A stretch of DNA of 64,000 nt from the human T2T-CHM13v2.0 reference genome, Homo sapiens. Where the stretch lies: assembly GCF_009914755.1 (NCBI RefSeq), contig NC_060928.1. One strand, 5' to 3'. A model generated the notes under the pieces. The model was given only the letters and a program-made list of their open reading frames with translations, was not told where the DNA came from and did not search any database. Shown one piece after another: positions 31,089 to 44,240 of the stretch. Each line of letters starts with the position of its first letter. Position 1 is the stretch's first letter. The translations under genes and the position numbers were made by a program.

Positions 31089-33689
31089 TTGTTTTTAAGT
31101 GCTGTTGGAATATATGCCTTCCATTTTCAACCTTCTTGCTGGTATAAATGTTATTTTCTACCATGGAGGCAGCTTCATGTTCAGTTGTTTCCCAGACAGG
31201 AGCAGAGACTCTACATATGCATTACAATATGTTAAAAAATTAAAGTTGAAATATTTCACACAATAAAGTTAAGTTAATGAGATTTTGTCAGTAAATGCAT
31301 TTGGTAAAGAGTATTAAAATATTCACTCAAGTACAAAAAGTTTGCTTGAGAATCAGTCTTGATGCTTAGTTGACCTTTGGGTAAAATACAACCTCTTTGC
31401 CAATCATAATTTTGGAGAGTAAAATGCTGTTCTAAACTACATGCGTAGTCATTCTTCAGAAAACAATGTTAACAATGCTAAGTGCATCTTCTTTCTCTAT
31501 ATCCTTCCATCACATCAATCTGTTATTATGTAGAGAAGGAGAAAGAATGGATAATAGACAAGGTTTATTATCTTATAGCACTTGTCAACCTGACAGGGCT
31601 TTTAAAAAAAATCACCTGCTTAAAGTTTTGTTTTGGAGAAATGACATTTTCCTCTTAGAGAATTAACACTTCTTAGCAAATTGAGAGAAGATGCAGATTG
31701 CAAAGAACACAATAAAGGCATCTAATCATGTCTAAAGGAAAACAGAAGCACCATGCCTAGACACCTTTTCATGCTGGGATACTGATGATTTTATTCTACC
31801 ATTTGCTTTAAATATTAGAGAACATGGCTCATGTGACATTAGGTGATATTGCAAATCAAATGTAGAATGAAAAAAATTCCAGATGCCAAAAGATCTTTCT
31901 CTTAAACCTCCTGCATTGCTTATACAACTTATCTAAAAGATTTTATTTTCATATTAGTGAGAAAAAAATGAGAGAAAATGGTTGATTTACTAACATGCTT
32001 AGTTCCTTCTGCTGTCTCAGATGAGGTTGTAATAATTCATCTTCCCCAGATGGAAAGGAGAAGAGAGTCTTCTCTTTCATTTCCCCAAATTTGCATTCAG
32101 CTTTCCATTCAGTTTAGATCTAAGGGTGCCAAAAGACATTCCTTACTAAACCTCCACCAATATCAGAGCTTCTACCTTTGTGCGCTACATGAGCATATGC
32201 TTAAAAGGAGAGTATGACATGATTAAACACATCAACAAAAGAACATGCAGGCACAGTGTTACCTTTCTCTGTTTCTATAGCTTGGAAACTCTTTGTGGGG
32301 TCAGAGGGAAGCAACAGAATTCCACTAGAGAAGTTATTAAGGGAGTATCAAATTTCATTCCTGTCATCAGTGAATTCATTCAAAAAAGACTAAGAAATAC
32401 ACTGGTGAGTAAAAAGGATGGTGGAGGAAACTCAAATCATAGAATTTTTCCACCAATGCCTAACAAAATGAGTATAAAGCAACAAATCATAAAAAGGAGA
32501 AATTCCTCATGGTAACTGTAAATGAAAGGATACAACTTCACTTCAAAAAGGCAAATAAAGGTTCTGGTACATTAGCTTAGTCTTCACACAATGCCCAGCA
32601 CACACACATACACACACACACCACCACCACCTCTAGAATTTGTAATAGGAATGAAAGATACATGACTGAATGGCACAATCATGAAAATTATCATGATTAC
32701 ATTTGAATATGAAGAGAGTATACGAAGGTAATGAGTAGGTACTCTGGACAAAAGTAAAACATCATTTATTGAAAACAGAAGCTTTTACATATCACATAGG
32801 ATTTCATCCGAAGCAAGAAAAGTGTCAAATTCTGACATTTTCCAGTGTTTTTTACAGAAATGTGGTAAGGATTAAAAGCCCAATGTTCTTCACCTCATAG
32901 AAATAGGTATCTTAAATCTTGGTATAGGACATTCACCAGAATCTTAAAGGAAACAACAGAAGACTCAATTGAGATTCTTCCACACTCTCACACTACAAAG
33001 ATAGGGTAAAATACCCCTTTAACTGTAGCTTAGAGGGAAGAAAAACAACCCAGAGAAGTTGGAAATTACTTGTTGTAAAGAGAACTTTACTTACAAGATA
33101 GACTAAGTGAAAGGCTGGCCACCTTTAATATGAACAAAAGAAAAACACAGCCCAGCAATATGCTATCTGTAATAAAGATTATAGCTCCTTAAAAGGAAAA
33201 AAGGAATGAGAAATAAAGGAAAAAAGAAAGAAATACAGTAAACAAAAACAAATAAAAAGATCTCATTTTGGAAAAAAACATAACAGAATGGTCAGAAGAA
33301 AACAGAAATACAGGAAAACTAGATCACAAATTCAAAAATGTTTGACTAGAACGAGATTAAGCAGTATTGCCTAAAAAGGGACAGCCATGGAAATAAAGAA
33401 TCAAAAAAGCCCCAAGAGAAAACCACATTAAAGTCTCATAACAGAAAAACACAGATGAAAATCTTATCACTGGCCCAAAAGAAGGACTGTGCTAATCAAA
33501 GTAAATATGAGAGAGAAAGACAAAGTCCAAAGCAATAAGAATTTATAGCTTTTATCTGATTGAGCAAGTGGTTCTCTGCACTAAATAAGGTGAGGAATCC
33601 TGAGCACCTTTAAAAACCTAAAATATGCTTGGGTTTCAAAAGATGCTTGTATGTCAATTTCTAAAATAAAAAGCTCTGTTACCCCTTTT

Positions 33690-33870
33690 TACTTATCTCA
33701 TTGCACCCTCACAATCATCACATGAGGTTGGAAGGTCTATTTTTTTTCCCCGTTTAACAGATAACTGAACTGAGGTGCAGCAAGACTGACCTTCCCAAGA
33801 TCCAGTGTTGAGGAAGTTGAGGTGAAAGATAATAAGAGATGTTCTTGACTTGGATCCTCACACTGCCTCT
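33690..33870 (-). mobile_element. MIR
   Basis: CCTCACAATCATCACATGAGGT...TTTAACAGATAACTGAACTGAGG. Confidence 0.65.
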
Positions 33871-34593
33871 TTTGTTTTGGGAAATAGACTGAAGGTGGCC
33901 AGTTAAGTATGAGATCAGCAGTGTGGGAAATAGCAATTGTGAAACCTTGAAGGCAAGATTAGGATATGGTTATTTATCTATCATTTTCAAAATGACTGAT
34001 ATGAAACATCTTTCTCCAAGATCACAAGCAACTTCATATATTTTATTTCAAATGACATCTCCAGAGAATAACAGAAAATAACTCAAATTGGATGAAAAGC
34101 AGCAGCAGGTTCCTATAGGGACCAATTACAAATAAACAGGCTCATTAAAGCTGTAAATGCTTATAAAGCACATCAGAGCAGGAACATCCAACAGTGAAGC
34201 ACAGGTGTACACAGTTATTACCAATATTTAGCACAATTTAAATTTGGAACATAATTTAAAGTAATTTGTGGGAAAATGCAGGCATATAGGGATCTCCCAA
34301 ACAAATAATGATGGAAAAAACTGCAGCGCACGGTGGAAATGTCTACTTTGTATGCACTGTTTCTCCAATTTGCCTGTTTGTTTTTCTCTCTCTCCTTGTT
34401 TCTCTCTTCCCATTAGAAAATCTATCTAGTGATTTATCTGATTCGTTGATGTGCTCTACACTGGCTTTCCTCTTTTGAAATTTACTCCATATCTGTTCAT
34501 ACATTTTCCTCATTTACATGTAATTACATTTTTTCCTTGCTTCTGGATTTTTAGGAGTATGTTTCCTTAACATGACTAAAGATATTTACCAAC

Positions 34594-34837
34594 TTTTTTG
34601 TTTGTTTGTTTGCTTGTTTGTTTGTTTTTGAGACAGAGTCTCGCTCTGTCGCCCAGGCTGGAGTGTAGTAGTGTGATCTTGGCTCACTGCAAGCTCCGCC
34701 TCCCGGATTCACGCCATTCTCCTGCCTCAGCCTCCCCAGTAGCTGGGACTACAGGCACCCCACCCGCCACTGCGCCCAGCTAATTTTTTGTGTTTTTTAG
34801 TAGAGAGGGGGTTTCACCGTGTTAGCCAGGATGGTCC
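34594..34837 (-). mobile_element. 5'-truncated AluY with (TTTG)n tail
   Basis: Y-diagnostic CACTGCAAGCTCCGCC, TTCACGCCATTC and GTTAGCCAGGATGGTC. Confidence 0.93.
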
Positions 34838-35436
34838 CAACACATTTTTTAAAGGGCGAATGCTTTTAAAGAAATGAATTCTGTAAAGGGAGGAAAGTAA
34901 GAGGAATCGTTTTTTAGAGCCGTAGGGCAAAAAAAAAGTTATGGTTATAAAGAACTGCCTGGAATTATAATTTCTATTTTTGCATTCTAATTCCAGAAAA
35001 CTGAATTTAGTATGATATTTTAATTCCTACAACACCCAGAATACAAAATAAAACTTTCAATACACATCAATGCATTTTATATTGGGACTAAAATGCAATG
35101 TAACAAGCAGAATTAATTCTAGTGGCTTCAAAGTCAGTAGTAAGTAGCTCCATAAATAAGAATGATTTTTAGGAAGAAAAACTAATTTATTCTCAAATTG
35201 GATTCACAAACTGCATTTACTGATTGTGATTTTAAGTTTGCATTAGAGGAAAAAAGTTATCTTAGAATAAATTATTTGAAAATAATTTCTTTTGCTTGCC
35301 CAAAACCTAGGTAAATTTAGCTTTTAAATTGTTGAAAACTGAGAATGTATGTAGTCTGTATGTGTGATCTTGGTCAGAATATTAACACACCAGGCTACAG
35401 TTTCTTCATCTTTACTGTACATACAGAATAGATCAA

Positions 35437-35770
35437 ACAGGTGCTCTTAACTTGGGAACAGCAAATCTAGGCTTCAGCCTCAAAAGATCTTTGAATGCCA
35501 CAGAATTTTATGTAAAATTATGTGTAGGTTTTGGGGTGCATTTTTCTGGGGAAATAATAAATGTCATCAGATTCTATGCAAAGCAAACTATATGCTTATT
35601 TTCCCCTCTAATATTCTACTAACGCCATGATCGTCTGTTAATGGTGTACAAATGTTACCATGGTAAGAATTACCTAAGCGGGTTGTTGAAAATATGGATA
35701 ATTAGAACACATCGAAAAGGTTTCTGATTCAGGAAATCTGGGACAGAGCCTATGTGAGAAGCACTGCTGT
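35437..35770. mobile_element. MER103-like and MER5-like hAT fragments
   Basis: GCATTTTTCTGGGGA...CATCAGATTCT and TTCTGATTCAGGAAATCTGGG motifs. Confidence 0.5.
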
Positions 35771-35858
35771 ATGCTACAGGACCCATCATAATTGTAGATT
35801 TCAGCTGTCAATAGTTTTTGAAAATAAGATAGGCTATTCTATTATAGCCTGTGATTAG

Positions 35859-36282
<424 letters not shown>

Positions 36283-36657
36283 ACTTTTAAATTTCTTTAT
36301 TTCATTGCTTATCACTTGTACAAACTCATCTCCTCAGTGATGGGTCATGGAGAGTTTTCAGAGGGCCATGAGACAACACTGGTTATATTTCTAATGATTA
36401 CTGATAAGAAATAGAAGTATCTACTGTACTGTTGAGGCCATTTGCGAAAAGCTTTTTTAAAAAAAATGACTGCAAACACAATAGAAAATTCATCTAGTTT
36501 ACTTTGAAACCACTGCCAGGCTGAAAATGAGGAATTTCACAAACTATAAAGGTCCTCATAAAGTCTTTTATGTTAAATTACAGCGAATTAAGACATTTTC
36601 TTAAAAAATAAATAAGTGAAATGCTGGCCCTCTAACCATGAGCCTAGAAACTAATGC

Positions 36658-37268
36658 TGTATCAAATAAAAACAAATCCAGACTTAGTAAGGGGAGACAT
36701 TATCCAAAAGGATTATTGCAAAGCTGAAAGGGAGTATTGCGATAGAAAGAAAGTTAACCATAAGATCAGCGTCTCAGGGGTTAGTCAAAAAGAGATATGC
36801 TTGTGTAGGAAGGAGTAAATAAGGCTGGAAAGAACGGGCTGTGGAAAAATGCTAGTATGATAGGATAGCAGATTACAAGATGTTCACCTTGAGGTAAGAT
36901 GTTCACTGTTTTCGGGTGGGATTCTTATGAAAAGGCTATATGCCGGCACAGGTAGACCGGGAGCCCAAGTTCAAGGAATTGAGGGAAGAAGAAAAACTTA
37001 ACCAAAGTTGACTTAACAAACATTTTGTTGCAATTGATCAATTGGGTAAAGCATTTCATCTAATTATGAGCAAATTATGGGAATTTGGAGGGTCTGTGGT
37101 TCTCCTTGTCATAGGCAAACAAGGGTCATCAATGAGTAGTACCTAAGTTATATGGGGCAGAATGATCCTTAGCAAGATAATTTCCTGGAAGGAAAAAAGG
37201 GCAGGGGGGATTCCTAACCCTCACCATTTTCCATGCTCACAGGGCTCTGATAAAATTTAACATTGTCA
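36658..37268 (-). mobile_element. MER67-like ERV1 solo LTR
   Basis: TG...CA bounded; ends CACAGGGCTCTGATAAAATTTAACATTGTCA. Confidence 0.6.
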
Positions 37269-37522
37269 GCTGGGTGCAGTGGCTCACCATGGGCAACATG
37301 GTGAAAAACCACACCTCTACAAAACATAACAAAAATTAGCCAAGTGTGGTGATATGTGCCTGTAGTCCCAACTACTCAAAAGACTGAGGCGGGAGGATTG
37401 CTTGAGGCGGGAGGATTGCTTGAGCCTGGAAGGTAGAGGTTGCAGTGAGTCAAGCTAGCACAACTGCAGTCCAGCCTGGGCAACATAAGGCCTGCCTCAA
37501 AAAAAAAAAAAAAAAAAAAAAA
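37269..37522 (+). mobile_element. AluJ with a left-arm deletion and an internal duplication
   Basis: GGCTCAC|CATGGGCAACATGG junction; GAGGCGGGAGGATTGCTT twice; target duplication AACA(T/C)TGTCA. Confidence 0.92.
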
Positions 37523-37843
37523 AACACTGTCACATTTTCCAATGTCACTGTAAAATATCATATGCATCTTGTATCTCCACCTCATTGTATGTCCATAGAT
37601 AGAAACTAATTTCTCCTTGATCTAGACACCCCATTCTCTTGGGGGTGGGTTTGAAGTGGGGCCCAGATATGAGAGATAAGTGCCCAGCAGAAAGACAGCT
37701 TACCTCACATGAGAGGTACATTGCCTCATCACTCAATGATGAAATGCTGTTTGGCCATAGCTACTTAATATTGAGAAGGCTTCAGCCAGAAGACATGGTA
37801 GAAATTCTGGCAGCCAAATATATTTATTGGTATTATTTTTTTT

Positions 37844-37943
37844 AAAGGCTAGTCAAGTGAAGCAGTGGGAGTGGAGAAGGAACAAAGGAATCTGTAACTG
37901 GTTGTGATCAATTAGTTGTAAACATCACTGCCTCAGACCAGCC
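37844..37943 (-). pseudogene. RNY3P: Y3 RNA (RNY3) processed pseudogene
   Basis: Minus strand GGCTGGTCTGAGGCAGTGATGTTTACAACTAATTGATCACAACCAGTTACAGATT...CTTGACTAGCCTTT matches hY3; A-rich tail 37818-37843; target duplication TGGCAGCCAA. Confidence 0.96.
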
Positions 37944-39249
37944 TGGCAGCCAATTTTAGAATTATAGACTCTTACATATGCACTATTAGTTGAATTCAAT
38001 TAAAGGATTTTTTTTCTTTGTAAAATAAATGTATATCGCTGATTGTGTTCTAATCACTATACTGTTTGCTGAGTTGCCAGGCATAAAAGCATTATTCATA
38101 TCTAATTTCAAATCTTCAGAAGTAATAACTCTTTTGATATGATCAAAGTTTATAAATGACCTAATGCTTCTAAACTAAATTTAGCATTCTTGGAAAACAG
38201 ATTTTTAAATATTTCCATTTAATAAACCATCTAAATTCAATAACCATCTTAAATATGTCTCTATACCTTCCCTTACTCTTTTTGCTCATTTCATCATCAT
38301 TCAAAACATAAATTACAGAAGCTTGGAGTAATTGGACCATTTTCACAAGATATAAACAATATGCCTATGTACTCATCTGGCTGTTTCTCTTCATTTCTCC
38401 AAGGGAAATCTGATAAGCTGAAAACTAGAGATCTACATTTGTCCACTGGTGAAAATGGAGTTTCTATTAGACTACATTATGGGATAAGCATAGGAAAGAA
38501 GGATTTGAGCAAGCTTTGGCAAGATCAGAACAGATAGAACACAGCTATTTCTATACCAAGAATAAGTGGACCTTTGCCTCAGGCTCAGTACACTTAAGAG
38601 TGTTCTGTGATTCTCAGGATTGAAGAAAAACGGATGGTAGTTCCAACAGTTGATGCTAAAAGGTATGATACATAAACAATAGTATTTATTTACATAGGTG
38701 CCATATGGGACTGATAAAATTTTAATCATCACTTTCTATTTATATAGACACATATTTTTGAAAGTATGCCCTCTACTTAGTCCTTACATTTAAGCTGCAG
38801 TTTCATGATGTTTTTTAATTCAAAGTGCTTCTGCTGCCCATGTAAACCTAATTGTACTTTATAAAAATATTGATGAAAGGGGAGAAATACCCAGATTATA
38901 ATGTAATCTACCCAGGGCACGCAACCCTAGAGTTCAACAAAGCATCACGCTGTAATAAGAGGGTATTATAATTTTACCTGTATCACAAAATGTTAGAGGT
39001 ATCTTCAGCTGGGGCGATGAGATGTTATAGGTAGATCTTAATATCTGATTGTTCCAGCTAAGGAAGCCTTGAAGTTAATGCTTATTAATAATGGTCCATG
39101 GACTTTTGAAGTATTTTATCTCTACAATATACATAAAACATAGTCTGAACTATATCCCAAATGTCAAAATTAAAAAAATTATTAATCATATCATCCTAAG
39201 AAGAATACATTAGTGGACAATCATATACACACATTCATCTCAAACAAGA

Positions 39250-39800
39250 AGACAGAGCAGGTCAAACACACAGGCTTTGGCAACAGCCTGTGTAAGTTTG
39301 CTTCCAAATTTACCATTAACCTTGGGCAAGCTACCTTGGGTGAGCTACTACCTCATTTTGTCAGTTGTACTGTGGATATTAAGATAGTACTAACCTTTTA
39401 TTGTTTGTTCTAACAATAAAATGAGCTAATTAAGGGTCATAAAGCTCTTAGAAAAATCCCTGACATTTTAAATATGTTAGCTATTATTAGGGAACATGAC
39501 TTTAATAGACACTCACTTTTCTATGTGCTCTAAATCAATCAATTTCATTATTACATAGTCTTATTTGTAAAGATGAGTGCTAACTTACTGCAATACAGGC
39601 ACTCTGCTAAGGATCACACACAAACATATAAATATCTATACATAAAATCTCACCCTTTCTAAGGCTTTATATGTACTATTATAATACACATACTATTAAA
39701 AATCAAACAGGAAACTGAAGCTCAGATCTGCAAAGTAAATTCTCTAAGATTATAGACCTTTTAAATAATGGGGAAAAAAACCCAGATTGGAATAGGAATA
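39250..39800. mobile_element. Two MIR remnants in opposite orientation
   Basis: ACCTTGGGCAAGCTAC...AAAGCTCTTAGAA (plus) and CAGGCACTCTGCTAAG...GGAAACTGAAGCTCAGA (minus). Confidence 0.7.
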
Positions 39801-39825
39801 TTTGAGGATTCCTCCACAAGTGGTA

Positions 39826-39914
39826 TACTATAGACCCCCATAATCAAAGGGGAATATGTCCCAAGAATTCCAGTGGATGCCTGACAAACCCTATATATAC
39901 TATGTTTATATATA

Positions 39915-39956
<42 letters not shown>
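39826..39956. mobile_element. MER44 terminal fragment ending in a (TA)n microsatellite
   Basis: CCAGTGGATGCCTGA...AACCCTATATATACTATGTTT followed by a (TA)n run at about 39915-39956. Confidence 0.7.
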
Positions 39957-39958
<2 letters not shown>

Positions 39959-41210
39959 CTTTTGCAGAGTGTTTCAGATTCCAGTTATCTTACGACATTT
40001 GCTTAATTAGCATGGAGCCAGGTTTTCTTTTGATGGAAACACCTATTTTTTCCTCAGGGAGTACCTGAAGGAAAAGGAGATTTTATCTGTAATTATGTTT
40101 GAATGTGTAGGGTCTGCCCGTGGTCACTAGGTTGCCTGGGGATGTAGCTGCCTATAGGTTGCTACATGCGCATGTATAAATCTGGTTTGAAATATTAAAC
40201 TCCAATACATTTCTCTTTCTCTATCCTGAAGATAAATTTGTCCTGCTTCTCAAAACTATTCTGGCATTCCAAAATGGAGCTGCTGAGACTCTAATAACCC
40301 AATTAATCTTATATAATACAATCATCTTCTCAAAGTAGAGATTCTTAGGAGCATTTTGGGAATTGGAGGTTTGAGAAACAGTTTCAGGGACTAGGGCTAA
40401 ATAAAATATCATGTTATTACATGAGAAGTCATAGAGAACTCCCAAACGTAGGCCCTGTTACTCATCTTTGCCCCATCTACCTAGAATTCTGCTTTCCTCC
40501 GAGTGTTTTTAACCTCAGGTTTCCCATTGTTTTTCTTTGGTCTCCTTAAAAGATCCACAGTTTATCAAACAAGTCTGAACCCATCCGAAAGCTTTTATTA
40601 TGACAACAATATACCTTTAAATTTGGAGAAAAGTGTTCTATAAAATAGTCATTGCTGCCCTGATAACAACGTTAAAGAAAAAATATGCATATTAATATGG
40701 GAAATAATATAAAACCACAACTATGGAATTAGATTGCTTATGTTATAGCTTTAAAAGAGAAAACTCTAAAATAAATTTCAGTCATTATCCAAGAAAATAT
40801 TAAAAGCTATCTTTTAGGAATATATCAGTAATTATTTAATAGGTACCTTAAATGCATTTAATACTCTGCTAAAAGAGTCAGTGTATTTTTAAAAAAATGA
40901 AACATGGTTTCTAATGTAAAGCACTTGAATGTTTAATTGTGAAGGATGACTTGCTCACACTTTAAACATGAGAATAAGAGCAAATATTGACAAATGTGTA
41001 ACCATATCTAATGAGGTCAAGAAAAATAATCTGGGTTTTCTATTTCCATTATTTAAAAGGTCAGTAATCTCAGAGAAGTTACTTTTCAGCTCTGAGCCTC
41101 AGTTTCCTGTTTGATATTTAATAGTATGGGTATTATATATATGTGTGTGTGTGTGTTTGTAAGAATTAGAAACAAAAAAATAGTACTCTCACGATTCACT
41201 AATATGACTA

Positions 41211-41857
41211 TGGTATGGTGGGAGTATAAATTAGTTCAACCATTGTGAAAATCAGTGTGGCAATTCCTCAAGGGTCTAGAACCAGAAATATCTTTTGTCC
41301 CAGTAATCCCATTACTGGGTATATGCCCAAAGGATTATAAATCATTCTACTATAAAGACACATGCACACATATGTTTCTTGCAGCACTATTTACAATAGC
41401 AAAGACTTGGAACCAACCTAAATGCCCATCAATGATAGACTGGGTGAAGAAAACGTGGCACATATACACCATGGAATACTATGCAGACATAGAAAAGAAT
41501 GAGATCATGTCCTTTGCAGGGACAGGGATGAAGCTGGAAGCCATCATTCTCAGTAACCTAACACAGGAACAGAAAACCAAACACCACATATTCTTACTCA
41601 TTAGTGGGAGTTAAACAATGAGAACACATGGACACAGGGAGGGTAACAACACACTGGGGCCTGTCAGGGGGTGGGGACCAAGGGGAGGGAGAGCATTAGG
41701 ACAAATATCTAATGCATGCGGGGCTTAAAACCTAGATGACGGGTTGACAGGTACAGCAAACCACCATGGCACATTTATACCTATGTAACAAACCTGCACA
41801 TTCTGCACATGTATCCCGGAACTTAAAGTAAAAATAAATAAATACATAAATAAATAT
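41211..41857 (+). mobile_element. L1PA8-like 3' fragment
   Basis: ORF2 C-terminus 41255-41614, 3' UTR, (AAAT) tail; target duplication CTAA(T/A)ATGACTA. Confidence 0.95.
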
Positions 41858-41869
41858 CTAAAATGACTA

Positions 41870-44240
41870 CAATTAATTAGTGATTTCAGCAAATTTGCTG
41901 GTTATCATCTTATAATACAAAAATTCATTGTGATTTTATATATGAGCATATATATGCTTTTATATATGAGAATTTTAAACAGAATTTTGCAAATTAAATG
42001 TAATTTCAAAAAATTTGGCAGTGACTTCAAAAATATTAAATGCTGAAAACAAATCTCATGGATAATATGCAAGATCTTTACAAAGAAAGCAATAGGCACT
42101 ATTGAGAGAAATTAGGAAGAACAAAGTAAGTGGATAAGTATTCTATGTTCATGACTTGAAAGATAAATTATAGATTTCAACTTTTCCTTAACTTATCTAC
42201 GGTTCAATGCAACACCAATCAAAATCTTAGAAGATTTATTTTGGATATAAATTAATAAGTAGAGTATAATATTCACATAAAATTATTAAAAGTCAAGATT
42301 CTTTTAATGAAGAAAATATGAATTTACTTGCTCTATTAGAAATCAAGTCTTATCATAAAACTACTATAATAAATAAAGGATAGTGTTGGTACAAGGAAGA
42401 ACAAATAGAACAATGGAATAGAAATTAGTCCAGAAAAAGAAACACATATTTAGGGATACCTAATTTAAGAACAAAAATAAGACTGAAGTGTGTAGAATGG
42501 TGCTGGACCAAGTGAAAAATCCATAAGGATAAACACTGAAGCTTGACATAAACCATAAACTGGAAGATATTATTTATAGAATATCTTCATGATTTTATGT
42601 AGAGAAAGGTGTGTTAAAAAAAAGACACAAAAAATATTAACCATAGAGGAAATAATGATAAATCAGACAATACTAAAATTGATCAATTCTATTTCTCAAA
42701 AGACATTACTAAGAGAGTGAAAAGGCAAGCCAAAGGCTGGACAAATATATTTATAATGCACAAGTGGCTGATATTTAGAAAATGTGAAGATCTCCTACAC
42801 ATCAATAAATAAAAAGAAACAAAACCGAAGAAAAATAAGCAAAAGCCTTAAACAGGTAATATTTGTCTTATTACTATATCCCTGGATATAAGCCATATTC
42901 AAATAGCCACAAAACTTATGAAAGATTCTCAAGTGCATTAGTCATTGGGGAAAGGAAAATTAAAGCCTGGGGTAGTTAAAATAAAATATGACTGTCAATA
43001 TCAAGTGTAATGAGAATGTGGAGCAATGGAAAATCTCATAAGCTGCTAGAAGTAATTTAAATTAGCCTATAAAACCATTTGAGAAAATAGTTTGAAATTA
43101 TCTACTGAAGTTGGAAATAAAGCTACCATATAATTTAGTATTTCCACCTAGAGATATATACAATAAAGGAAAACATGTAGTTTTACAGCAAGATACATGT
43201 ATAAGAATGTTCACAGCACTATTACTGGTAATAACCAGAAACTGGGGAGAAACCACACACATGCAAAAAAGCCTATCATCTCTTAGTAGTAAAAGGAATA
43301 AGTAAATTGTGGAATATTTATATTTTATACAATGCTGTATGGAATACAAAGATACTTATAATATATAACTCATAAATGGTTGATATTCAGTTAATAGGAA
43401 GACCTTCTACAACTACCTCGGGAGTTTAACCTCAGAATTCCCATTATTTTTGTTTCGTCTCCTAAAAGCATTCAAATACCATACACCATTGAAACACTAT
43501 ACAGCACTGAGAATAAATGAATTATAGCAAGAATATAATGAATCTTACAAACATAATACTGAGTAAAAACTGGACACATGTATATTATATAAATTGGTTT
43601 ATATGAATTTCAAGACAAGTGAAAATAAACTTATTGTTATGGACTAAATTGTGTTACTCCAAAACTCATTTGTTAAAGCCCTAACCCTCAATGTGATGGT
43701 ACTTAAAGATGAGGCATTTGGAGATAATTGGGTTTAAATGAGATCATGGGATTGGGGCCCTCATTATGGGATTGAGGCTCTTATAAGAAGAGTTACCAGA
43801 GTGCTCTCTGTGAGCACAGACCCAGGAAAGACCATGTGAGAACATAAAAACAAGTTGGACATCGCGCACCCCAAGGACGGGGCCCTCTCCAGATACTGAC
43901 CTTGTTAGCACCTTGATCTTGGACTTCAGATCTCCAGGGTTGTGAGCAAATAAATGCCAGGTGTTTCAGCCACCCAGTCTATGGTAAATTGTTATGGCAG
44001 CCTGAGTATTCAAGGATGCATGAATTTGTGGTAAAGCATAACAAGGAAGCAAATATCATAAAAGTCAGGGTAGTGATTAGATTTGAGAGGGAGAGAGGCA
44101 GTAGTAACTGAGAAAGCTGTGAAGAAGGCTTTTGAGATTATTTCAGAGTTCACATCTTGAACTAGGCAGAAATTACCTTGATTTTTTGTGATGATAATTC
44201 ATTGCACTTTTCTTTTTGCATGCTATATTTTTAAATGCTA
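41870..44240 (+). mobile_element. Ancient L1ME ORF2/3' UTR, interrupted by MLT1A
   Basis: TTCAGCAAATTTGCTGG, TTCAATGCAACACCAATCAAAATC, CAATGGAATAGAA and GAATCTTACAAACATAATACTGAG. Confidence 0.8.
43635..44008 (+). mobile_element. MLT1A/A0 solo LTR
   Basis: TGTTATGGACTAAATTGTG...CACCTTGATCTTGGACTTC...TTGTTATGGCAGCCTGAG. Confidence 0.88.

Noticed and set aside
31978-32515. Overlapping 79-aa and 111-aa ORFs as exons
   Set aside because: No recognisable domain or convincing splice structure; lengths are compatible with chance.
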